Positions 26,812-33,611 of a DNA stretch of 64,000 nucleotides are shown here, one piece after another. Position 1 is the first letter of the stretch; each line of letters opens with the position of its first letter. Location: the IMG/VR virus record IMGVR_UViG_3300034418_011988; one strand, given 5' to 3'. The position numbers and the translations under genes were made by a program. The notes under the pieces were generated by a model that had not been told where the DNA came from, searched no databases, and saw nothing but the letters and a program-made list of their open reading frames with translations. The stretch is from an uncultured virus (IMG/VR IMGVR_UViG_3300034418_011988) (taxonomy: Duplodnaviria; Heunggongvirae; Uroviricota; Caudoviricetes).

Positions 26812-26910
26812 CTAGCGGTGGCGAGGCCTTCGCCTGACAGGACGGCGGCGGGCCTTTTCAACGGCCTCCTTCCCGAACAGCAGCGAAGCAAGCCAGTTAA
26901 GTAAAAACAT
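26812..26910 (-). CDS. 32-aa micropeptide with hydrophobic N-terminus and Arg-rich tail (not in the ORF track)
   Basis: MFLLNWLASLLFGKEAVEKARRRPVRRRPRHR; TGATG coupling; stop abuts T5. Confidence 0.55.
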   Translation of the reverse strand: MFLLNWLASLLFGKEAVEKARRRPVRRRPRHR

Positions 26911-27332
26911 CAGACCGCTTCCTCCCAATACGCCGCATCAGAAACGTCCGAAACGCCCCATTTAGCCGCCACTTTTTCGCGCAGGGCGTCAGCCATGTTG
27001 ACAAAAAGGCACTCCCCCTTGTGGTTGTAAGCGTAGGAAACTCCCACCAAAAAGTGCATGTTTTCGCTGCCCACTTCTTCGATGACCAACACCTCACCTT
27101 CGCAAAGGTGCCGCCCTATTTCCTCCTCACAATCGACTAGAGCAACAGCCTCGCTTTCTTCATCCGGGTATCGGTAAGGCGTAGACCCGTCCCCGTTATA
27201 ACAAACAAAGCCCACGCGCCCATCTTTTGCGTAAACCAGCTCGCACTCAAAATCTTCAACGAAATCCCTAAAAGCCCGCTCGTCCTTCACGCGCACATAG
27301 TTGCTGCGAACGCTGCACACATAATTTGCCAT
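26910..27332 (-). CDS. Hypothetical early protein (cassette 5)
   Basis: MANYVCSVRSNYVRVKD...; GGGAG RBS; promoter TTGATT-17-TAAAGT and leader hairpin at 27351-27365. Confidence 0.75.
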   Translation of the reverse strand: MANYVCSVRSNYVRVKDERAFRDFVEDFECELVYAKDGRVGFVCYNGDGSTPYRYPDEESEAVALVDCEEEIGRHLCEGEVLVIEEVGSENMHFLVGVSYAYNHKGECLFVNMADALREKVAAKWGVSDVSDAAYWEEAV

Positions 27333-27346
27333 TTCACTTCTCCCAG

Positions 27347-27859
27347 TCAGGCCGCCCCGTGCGGCTCAGGTGGGACTTTATGCGCATCTATGGGTGCAAT
27401 CAACCCCCAAAGCTCATCCCACCCAAAGGGGTAGGTCCAGTACAGAGAAGGCTCAACGTGGAGCCCGTTCATCCGAACGTCCAGGGCCTGCCCGCCCCGG
27501 TACAGAAACAACTCGCTGGTCTCCCGGTTTTCGTGGGTGTGCAGCCGGCGCACCAATAACCAGACGCTGGCTCGCTTGTGAGCAGTCAGGAACGCCACCT
27601 GATGCGGGCGCAGCTCTACGATAGCCGTGCCCGTGTGCTTAAGCTCGATCAGGTGGAAGTTCCCGGCTTCGTCGCAAGCCATGACGTCCGGCACCCCGGG
27701 GGTGGCCCAGGTCTCAAGCCTCGTCAGACTGATCCCAGGTCTCTCCTTCTTCGTCGCGTCCCGCAGATTCTTCCAAAGCTGCCTCTCCCTCAACCCAACT
27801 TTCTGAGGGCTCACCCGCGTGTCCACCAGCGGGAGCGGCGAGTCTTCGGTCCGCTGCAT
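27347..27859 (-). CDS. PD-(D/E)xK nuclease (VRR-NUC/Holliday-junction resolvase-like)
   Basis: E...RLE...PGVPD...IELK...LRPHQVAF; start codon uncertain, overlaps the TerS 3' end. Confidence 0.75.
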   Translation of the reverse strand: MQRTEDSPLPLVDTRVSPQKVGLRERQLWKNLRDATKKERPGISLTRLETWATPGVPDVMACDEAGNFHLIELKHTGTAIVELRPHQVAFLTAHKRASVWLLVRRLHTHENRETSELFLYRGGQALDVRMNGLHVEPSLYWTYPFGWDELWGLIAPIDAHKVPPEPHGAA

Positions 27860-28409
27860 CGTGTGCCTCGCTGGCTTCTTCCGCTTCCGGGGTGACGTCG
27901 ATGATGTTTCCTTGGGCACGTTTGATCTCCTCCAGGGCTTTGAGAACGTCTTCCTTGCTCATACTGTCGATGCTGCCGTGGCGCACTTCAGACTTGCTGA
28001 TGTAAATGTCGCCATGGGCCTGCCCGCGCCGGTATTCAGCCTGCACGGCGGCAGAATAGGCGCCATTCTCCAGGGCTCGGTCGCGGATAACTTGCAGGTC
28101 GCGAAGGTGTCTTTCGTAGGTCACCCCGAATTTGGCGTCTAATTCGCTCTTGAGGGCGCGAATGCGCGCAACCACGTTGGGGTGCTTCCTAGGGTCTGTC
28201 AGCTCATACGCGCGCTGTGCGGCGCTCTCAGCGGCATATCCAGCATTCTCCGCCGCTTCCCGCTTGGTGATCATGCCGTCCTTCAGGACAAACTCCCGCA
28301 CAAAGGCCTCCTGACGGGGGGTCAGAGGGCTATCGACGGTCAATTTCTTCCTCCCACGGGTTTCTACCCGGGTAGAATTGCCGCTCTTGTCTGCGATTTG
28401 TCTTGCCAT
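27714..28409 (-). CDS. terS: Terminase small subunit
   Basis: LTPRQEAFVREF...AAENAGY...AYEL HTH followed by SAAVQAE..RG. Confidence 0.75.
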   Translation of the reverse strand: MARQIADKSGNSTRVETRGRKKLTVDSPLTPRQEAFVREFVLKDGMITKREAAENAGYAAESAAQRAYELTDPRKHPNVVARIRALKSELDAKFGVTYERHLRDLQVIRDRALENGAYSAAVQAEYRRGQAHGDIYISKSEVRHGSIDSMSKEDVLKALEEIKRAQGNIIDVTPEAEEASEAHDAADRRLAAPAGGHAGEPSESWVEGEAALEESAGRDEEGETWDQSDEA

Positions 28410-28744
28410 GGGATAAGTCTCCACTTTATCGCGTGTAATGAAAACAATGCCTTACGGCGCACTCTTGAGTCGTTACCTTTTAGGTTTGGGCTAGGTAACC
28501 AAAAAAGTATCCCTCGCCCCTTCTTTAAGCCCTTGTTTTATATATAGAAAGAAAACATAGTTACACGGTTACACGGGTTACGGCCATTTGACGCAAAATT
28601 ATTGTTTTTCTTTTTCTGTCTATATATAGGGAAGGGGGTTTTTGACCCAAGGGCCGTGGTTCGCGGCCCGTGCGTCCTGAACCCCCACCCCAACGCAAAG
28701 ACCCCCGATCCGTGGACCGGGGGCCGTGAGCCGCGCTGGCTGCT

Positions 28745-29179
28745 TTACGCTACCTCTTCAATCTCCCACTCTTGGCGGTTGTCCCACCCTTCCTGCACGG
28801 CCTGTTCCAGCTCAGCCTCGAACTTCCGTTTGGTCCTCCAGTGGAGGCCGGAGTAGCCGCCGCGTTTCATTGGAGGGAGCTTTGGAACATCCACGGAGAC
28901 GGAGTAGACGGGTGCAATTTTGACCGTCTCTTCCTTTCCCCTTGGAGCCCAATGCAGGTAGGGCCATGAGAACTGGTCCATGTGGCCGCCGTCGAATCCG
29001 ACGGGGTTGAACAAGCAAAGCGAGAGTCGGTGGTCGTCTCGATAGTCGTGGATGACGTCTCGACGGACCAATTTTCTGAGCGCTTCTTCCGGCGTTTCTG
29101 CCCAGGCCCAGACGAAACCCAGCCCGGAGTAGCAGGCGCCAGCAAACCATTGAAGCGTGTCCGAATCATGATCGCTCAT
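28745..29179 (-). CDS. Hypothetical protein
   Basis: AAGGA RBS before ATG 29179 (MSDHDSD...); 5' hairpin GTGGCTGG-GGGGA-CCAGCCAC at 29231-29251. Confidence 0.65.
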   Translation of the reverse strand: MSDHDSDTLQWFAGACYSGLGFVWAWAETPEEALRKLVRRDVIHDYRDDHRLSLCLFNPVGFDGGHMDQFSWPYLHWAPRGKEETVKIAPVYSVSVDVPKLPPMKRGGYSGLHWRTKRKFEAELEQAVQEGWDNRQEWEIEEVA

Positions 29180-29354
29180 GTCGTTTTCCTTTTGCAGCAG
29201 ATTGTTAAAGAGCCCCGCGCGAGGCGGGTTGTGGCTGGTCCCCCCAGCCACTTGTATATTGTCCCATAGATTGACTAAGAAAAAAAGGGCTATCGACTTG
29301 CAGATCGCGCCATTCGACTTGCAAATCGCGCCAAACCGGTCGTGAAACACCGAT

Positions 29355-29370
29355 TGTTCCACGTGGAACA
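29355..29370. promoter_or_regulatory. parS-type centromere site
   Basis: Perfect palindrome TGTTCCACGTGGAACA matching the widespread chromosomal parS consensus; extra half-site CGTGAAACA at 29341-29349. Confidence 0.8.
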
Positions 29371-29463
29371 CTTGAGCACTCTCTGTTGGTTATCGTGGTA
29401 GACTCCTGCCCGCCGCGCCCCGGGGTGGTTCCCGCCCGTTGCCCCCTGGGTGCTGCGGCACCC

Positions 29464-29772
29464 CTAGTCCATCGTGCCGTGAGCCGTGGGCCGTGGAACG
29501 ATCTCCCCGGGCCTTGGCTGTATGGCCTCCACCAGCGTGTCCAGCTCTTCTGCTTCTAGCAGTTCGATGAGCCTGTCGAGGTACCAGCGCGCCTTTTTCG
29601 GGTCGCAGCTTGGGTCGTCGGGGTGCTTGTCCCGATAGCGCCAGAGGTACTTGATGACGTTAGCCACGCAGACCGCTTCGAGGCCGCGCTTGTCTTCGAC
29701 GGCGGCGGTGATGGCGTCGATGCACTCCATCTTGCTGCCTTTGTAGTGTGCGGGGTTGATGGGGTCAGTCAT
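29464..29772 (-). CDS. DUF3310-like protein
   Basis: DPINPAHY..ECIDAI...NVIKYLWRY...KKARWYL. Confidence 0.8.
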   Translation of the reverse strand: MTDPINPAHYKGSKMECIDAITAAVEDKRGLEAVCVANVIKYLWRYRDKHPDDPSCDPKKARWYLDRLIELLEAEELDTLVEAIQPRPGEIVPRPTAHGTMD

Positions 29773-29980
29773 GTTGGGTGGCCTTTTTGAGCAGGGTGTT
29801 AAGGGCCGCGTTGAGGTCGCTCTCTGTCTCGATGTGAAAGACGTCTGACACCTGCTGGGTGCCTTCTTGGACCGTGAGCCGAAAGGCGTGGGCTCCGTAT
29901 CCTGGGGCGTACTCGACGTCTGCGCCGCAGTAGCGGGCTGATCTTCTGAGCGTATCGCCCATGCTGCCGTATGAGTTCAT
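29765..29980 (-). CDS. Hypothetical protein
   Basis: AGGAG RBS, overlapping neighbours. Confidence 0.6.
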   Translation of the reverse strand: MNSYGSMGDTLRRSARYCGADVEYAPGYGAHAFRLTVQEGTQQVSDVFHIETESDLNAALNTLLKKATQHD

Positions 29981-30171
29981 GCGTTTCTCCTGTTCAAGAC
30001 GTCCATCGGTGTTATGTACATGGCCCGGGGCCAGTAATAGTGGCGCTCTGCCAGGGTGAGCTGGTCGTAGCCGGGCCGATCTTTGTCGAGCTGGCTGCGC
30101 TTTGGCGCGTTCTCCGGGTCGGTGACCGCGAGGTGCGTTTGGATAGCGCGGGCGATCTCAGCGGGGCTCAT
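29977..30171 (-). CDS. Hypothetical protein
   Basis: GAGGAG RBS, ATGA overlap with the next gene. Confidence 0.6.
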   Translation of the reverse strand: MSPAEIARAIQTHLAVTDPENAPKRSQLDKDRPGYDQLTLAERHYYWPRAMYITPMDVLNRRNA

Positions 30172-30181
30172 TCCCTTCTCC

Positions 30182-30391
30182 TCAAAAATAAACCGGCAAA
30201 ATGTCCCACGTTGCGGGGATCATCAGGTGCGAATCTGATCTGACGACTACCTCCTGCCGCCACTTGATCTGCTCCTCGTAACACTGCTGGTACGGCTCGC
30301 CGTTCTTTAGCAGGCGAATCCACTCTAGCCTGCGGTACTGCAAAGTCATTCCGCATTCAAGGTAGCGGCGCAGCTCTACAGCAAAACTCAC
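30182..30391 (-). CDS. Hypothetical protein, paralogue of 30576-30776
   Basis: GTG start overlapping the upstream stop; (M)SFAVELRRYLECGMTLQY. Confidence 0.55.
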   Translation of the reverse strand: MSFAVELRRYLECGMTLQYRRLEWIRLLKNGEPYQQCYEEQIKWRQEVVVRSDSHLMIPATWDILPVYF

Positions 30392-30576
30392 CGGTCCCAG
30401 TCTCCTGTCCACGGCTCGGCATCGAAGTCTTGGCGCTCGTTGCATTCGTAGCAGAAGCAATCGTCGGAAACGTCGCTAACGAACCATTGCTGCGGGCCTT
30501 TGCGCCAGAAAACGACGGCGTCGCAGGAAATGTTGTCTGAGCCGCACTCTTTGCAGACCATCTTTACCGTGCTCAT
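30388..30576 (-). CDS. Small zinc-ribbon protein
   Basis: CKECGS...CYEC; TGATG coupling. Confidence 0.65.
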   Translation of the reverse strand: MSTVKMVCKECGSDNISCDAVVFWRKGPQQWFVSDVSDDCFCYECNERQDFDAEPWTGDWDR

Positions 30577-30776
30577 CAGAAGCGTCCGTCCTCGAATTTG
30601 AAAGAATAGGAACGCAGGACGTCGATGCCCTGCATGGAGTCGGAGCGCTGCCCGTAGGTGCGCTTGTAGTAGACCGGCGACTCGTAGGTCGTCTTTGAAT
30701 ACCAAGAGCCTGTCTCTTGATACTGGAGGTGCAGCCCGCGGCGGAGGTATCGCATCAGCTCTTCGGCGAAAGTCAT
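30576..30776 (-). CDS. Hypothetical protein, paralogue of 30182-30391
   Basis: MTFAEELMRYLRRGLHLQY. Confidence 0.55.
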   Translation of the reverse strand: MTFAEELMRYLRRGLHLQYQETGSWYSKTTYESPVYYKRTYGQRSDSMQGIDVLRSYSFKFEDGRF

Positions 30777-30868
30777 GACAGCAGCCACATGCCAAGGATG
30801 ATGGGGAGCACCCCGCCCAGAAGCACAAACACAAAAACAAGTTCCCAGGAAAACCCGTCGTCATTCAT
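30773..30868 (-). CDS. 31-aa single-TM micropeptide (not in the ORF track)
   Basis: MNDDGFSWELVFVFVLLGGVLPIILGMWLLS; fills the gap exactly, overlapping both neighbours. Confidence 0.55.
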   Translation of the reverse strand: MNDDGFSWELVFVFVLLGGVLPIILGMWLLS

Positions 30869-31109
30869 AAGAAGTTTCCATCAAAGCCTGTTGCTCGTTC
30901 TCAGAAAGAACTCTGTCAGAAGCCATAGAGCCTAAATACTCTATAACTTTCAACAACTTATCCGCGGAAGCAAGAATCTCCGCAGCCACCGACGCATCAC
31001 ATTTACCACGGCTAACATCATCGAAAAGCTCCAGTAGGCCGCCGTACTGCTCGCGCAGATAACGGATGGTTATCTCGCGAGCCTGGGCGTTATTGAGGGT
31101 AAGGTTCAT
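30861..31109 (-). CDS. Hypothetical protein
   Basis: 82-aa helical ORF in a tightly packed operon. Confidence 0.55.
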   Translation of the reverse strand: MNLTLNNAQAREITIRYLREQYGGLLELFDDVSRGKCDASVAAEILASADKLLKVIEYLGSMASDRVLSENEQQALMETSYE

Positions 31110-31281
31110 CGGCGTCTCTGAATCCGTTCATTTCCGTGTCGGCATCCCAGTAGCCGGCGAACCATTCTGTACGCTGGCGCAGCTCGAAGGCTTTGCCGTA
31201 GGGACACTTGTGGGCGGGGTCGCCCCACTGGAAAGCAGAATAGCCTTGCTGATAGGCCTTTGGCATCCGTTCGAGGTTCAT
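31090..31281 (-). CDS. Rmf-like (ribosome modulation factor fold) protein
   Basis: AYQQGYSA...CPY...RTEWFAGY motif; AGGAGG RBS. Confidence 0.65.
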   Translation of the reverse strand: MNLERMPKAYQQGYSAFQWGDPAHKCPYGKAFELRQRTEWFAGYWDADTEMNGFRDADEPYPQ

Positions 31282-31592
31282 TGCGCAGCCTCCTGAATCT
31301 GCGACTCCACCCAGTCCAGCACTTCGGTCATGGCCCGTGGGCCGAGAGTCCATTTCCGCACCCCGCCGTGCAGGTTCAGGCCGCGCTCGCGGAGCGTGTC
31401 CTGATCTTGGAGCAGCGTTTCGAGGTAGTAGCCGCCGCCGGTGAATTGCCCGTGGACCGTGTGCGGGTAGTCGGTGTCATAGAATTCGATGGTGGGCTTG
31501 TCTGTTTTCTGATAGGGCCCCATGCAGAGCACGACGCGGGCTTTGAGGCCGTATTCCGGCTCTTCGACGTCGAAGGTGGGTTGCTTGCTCAT
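31278..31592 (-). CDS. Hypothetical protein
   Basis: GGAGG RBS, ATGA overlaps. Confidence 0.65.
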   Translation of the reverse strand: MSKQPTFDVEEPEYGLKARVVLCMGPYQKTDKPTIEFYDTDYPHTVHGQFTGGGYYLETLLQDQDTLRERGLNLHGGVRKWTLGPRAMTEVLDWVESQIQEAAQ

Positions 31593-31774
31593 GCGCAGCC
31601 CTCCGCAATCATCTGCTCTTCGAGGGAGCGGATAAGGCGCGCGTGATTGTCGGCATCCTGTTCCGACATGAACAGGCCGCAGTCGGTGCAGTCGAGCCAG
31701 AGCCGATAGGCGGGGATCGTGGGCGTATCCTCGCGGACCACGGCCCAGGTCATTGGATCAAGTTTCTTACCCAT
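31589..31774 (-). CDS. Hypothetical protein
   Basis: AGGAG RBS; promoter TTGACG-17-TACCGT at 31803-31831. Confidence 0.6.
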   Translation of the reverse strand: MGKKLDPMTWAVVREDTPTIPAYRLWLDCTDCGLFMSEQDADNHARLIRSLEEQMIAEGCA

Positions 31775-31819
31775 GCTGAGTCTCCTTTGCAGCAGCTCAG
31801 CAACGGTATGCGATTTATT

Positions 31820-32011
31820 CTATGCCGTCAACGCTTCCGGGGATAATTTATGCGCTTTTTCGTAAGCGTCGAGATTGGCCTGAGCGATGTCTAGCTCCCG
31901 GCGCCATGCTTCTGACGCTTTGCCCCATCGCTGAAGAAAGGCGATGTAGGCGCGGTCCCTGATTCCCCTGAGCCGGTCCCGTTCTTTGAGCGAATAGATT
32001 GTCTCCCCCAT
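31820..32011 (-). CDS. Hypothetical protein
   Basis: AGGAGG RBS before ATG 32011. Confidence 0.6.
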   Translation of the reverse strand: MGETIYSLKERDRLRGIRDRAYIAFLQRWGKASEAWRRELDIAQANLDAYEKAHKLSPEALTA

Positions 32012-32019
32012 GCTTCCTC

Positions 32020-32280
32020 CTAATGCACGGTTGCTTCTCGAAAAACGAACTGACCTCCTCCTTCTCCAAGCTGGGCTTTGAGTGCGGCGCTGTTGATGCA
32101 CTCGGTCATCAGCTCGGCGGCGACGTCGATGTTCTCTGAACACTCGAAGAGCCGATAGGCGAGCATCGTGAGCGCACCGGCGAAAGCGCTTTCAGGCGCA
32201 AAGCCTGCGTCGCTCATGCGGTCGATTAGCCGGTCCATCATCTGGGTGGCTTCAAGGAACTCGCGCTGGTGCTCGGTCAT
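32020..32280 (-). CDS. Hypothetical protein
   Basis: 86-aa helical ORF, GGGGA upstream. Confidence 0.55.
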   Translation of the reverse strand: MTEHQREFLEATQMMDRLIDRMSDAGFAPESAFAGALTMLAYRLFECSENIDVAAELMTECINSAALKAQLGEGGGQFVFREATVH

Positions 32281-32461
32281 AATCCGTCCCCAACTGTTGA
32301 TGCACTCTGCGGAAGGCTTTGACGATTAGCATCATCTTCAACCACTCATCGTCGTTTGCTTCCCGCTCCGCTAAATCTAGCACTTCGTCCATGAAGTCTT
32401 GAAGCACTTCAAGTGCCATATCCAATTCCATTTGTATAACTTTTGTCGAATTTTCGTTCAT
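32252..32461 (-). CDS. Hypothetical acidic protein
   Basis: Helical acidic ORF; start uncertain. Confidence 0.45.
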   Translation of the reverse strand: MNENSTKVIQMELDMALEVLQDFMDEVLDLAEREANDDEWLKMMLIVKAFRRVHQQLGTDYDRAPARVP

Positions 32462-32503
32462 CTTGTTATGACCAAAATCATGTTGTAAAAATTTTCCCAA
32501 CCA

Positions 32504-33256
32504 ATGTACGGGCTATTACCGACAGTGAGGGGACTGCCGGTGGAGACGTTTGTTTGCAAACGCTGCCAGGAGGCGCTGCCCAAGGACCGTTTCCGCATAG
32601 TCCGCGACAAGCGCAGAAACTCCACCTACCGCACCAAAATCTGCAAGACCTGCACCCGGACCAAGGACCGTGAGACGTTTCACGATCAGCCCGATCCCCG
32701 CCGCTATCTCACGCGAAACTGGAACGCGCTCTGCCGCCAGCGCAGAAACAAGGGCGTGTATGTGTGCCCCGAGCTTTTCGGCATCCAGGGGGTCGATTAC
32801 TTGATGGAGCTTTGGGAGCACCAAGGGGGTCGCTGCGCCCTAACAGGCGTCTCCATGACTTGGGTATCCATGCCCATAGCGGAGGTGCGCGCGGGCCACG
32901 GGCTGGGCACTTCGATCAGCGTTGATCGCATTCAGAACGACAAGCGTATTGGGTACCGAAAGGGGAACCTGCGGCTGGTGTGTTCCCAGATTAACCACAT
33001 GCGCAGTGCGCTTCCGACGGAGGACTTTTTGCACTGGTGTGAGCTGGTGATCCGGCGAATGGGGCCCGTGGCTCCTGACTTCTCTTTGGCAGACGCAAAA
33101 ACTGTGAGGAAAGACTTGGCTAATCATCCTGAGCGACAAGCCAGTAAGAAAGAATCCAAAAGGGCAGGGCCAGCAAAATCCCCGGCGAGGCGATCAAGAG
33201 CCCGGCCAAGAACGAAAGCCCCGCAACGACAAGAACCCAATTCGATTCAGGACTGA
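32504..33256 (+). CDS. HNH-type endonuclease-like protein
   Basis: CxxC...CxxC N-terminus; QGGRCALTG...SVDRI...GYRKGNLRLVC..IN. Confidence 0.7.
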   Translation: MYGLLPTVRGLPVETFVCKRCQEALPKDRFRIVRDKRRNSTYRTKICKTCTRTKDRETFHDQPDPRRYLTRNWNALCRQRRNKGVYVCPELFGIQGVDYLMELWEHQGGRCALTGVSMTWVSMPIAEVRAGHGLGTSISVDRIQNDKRIGYRKGNLRLVCSQINHMRSALPTEDFLHWCELVIRRMGPVAPDFSLADAKTVRKDLANHPERQASKKESKRAGPAKSPARRSRARPRTKAPQRQEPNSIQD

Positions 33257-33263
33257 TCTTCAT
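33120..33263 (-). CDS. Small membrane protein (antisense to the HNH 3' end)
   Basis: WVLVVAGLSFLAGLLIASPGILLALPFWILSYWLV. Confidence 0.4.
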   Translation of the reverse strand: MKISPESNWVLVVAGLSFLAGLLIASPGILLALPFWILSYWLVAQDD

Positions 33264-33435
33264 CTTTGGGCTTGATGGGGACCGTGCCCAGGGTGGGAGG
33301 TTCATCCAGAAGGCTCCTTACAATGCGCCGTGCGCGGCGGATCAAGGCAAAGTCTTGGCTGATGATGACCAGCGTTGCGCTGAAATCGCCCTCCTCATCG
33401 GGCTCAGTATCTTCTTGCCATTCAATGCGTTGCAT
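33247..33435 (-). CDS. Hypothetical protein
   Basis: GAGG RBS before MQRIEWQED... Confidence 0.5.
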   Translation of the reverse strand: MQRIEWQEDTEPDEEGDFSATLVIISQDFALIRRARRIVRSLLDEPPTLGTVPIKPKDEDQS

Positions 33436-33474
33436 GGGTGAGCCCTCGCTGTCCCCCTTCAGGCCTACCATATT

Positions 33475-33575
33475 AAAAACCCCCGGAGGTGGAAAGGCCT
33501 CCGGGGGCTACGGGGTCCGGCTAGGCTGGGTGAGACCTGACCGGTTTCTGCTGCAAGACCCGGGGGACGGGTCAA
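33475..33575 (-). ncRNA. Candidate ~100-nt small RNA
   Basis: Promoter TTGACA-16-TATTGT (33581-33608), two internal hairpins and a 10-bp-stem terminator with T5, no ATG on the transcribed strand. Confidence 0.45.
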
Positions 33576-33611
33576 GTGCAACAATACGCGATTTTGTGAG
33601 ACTGTCAAGCC

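Noticed and set aside
23722..27365. Leader hairpins as CsrA/RsmA sites
   Set aside because: CsrA needs GGA in the loop, and these loops read ACGGG or GCGGG.
23259..27405. CRISPR array or integron attC array
   Set aside because: The units are gene-sized with promoter/terminator anatomy. I saw no constant repeat-spacer period, cas genes, integron integrase or attC core sites.
27714..27859. Programmed frameshift fusing TerS and the nuclease
   Set aside because: The frames overlap by about 146 nt, but I saw no clear slippery site and the nuclease has plausible starts of its own.
29180..29371. N-terminal extension MFHVEQ... of ORF 28745-29371
   Set aside because: It is the translation of the parS palindrome and adjacent repeats. 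The RBS supports a start at 29179.
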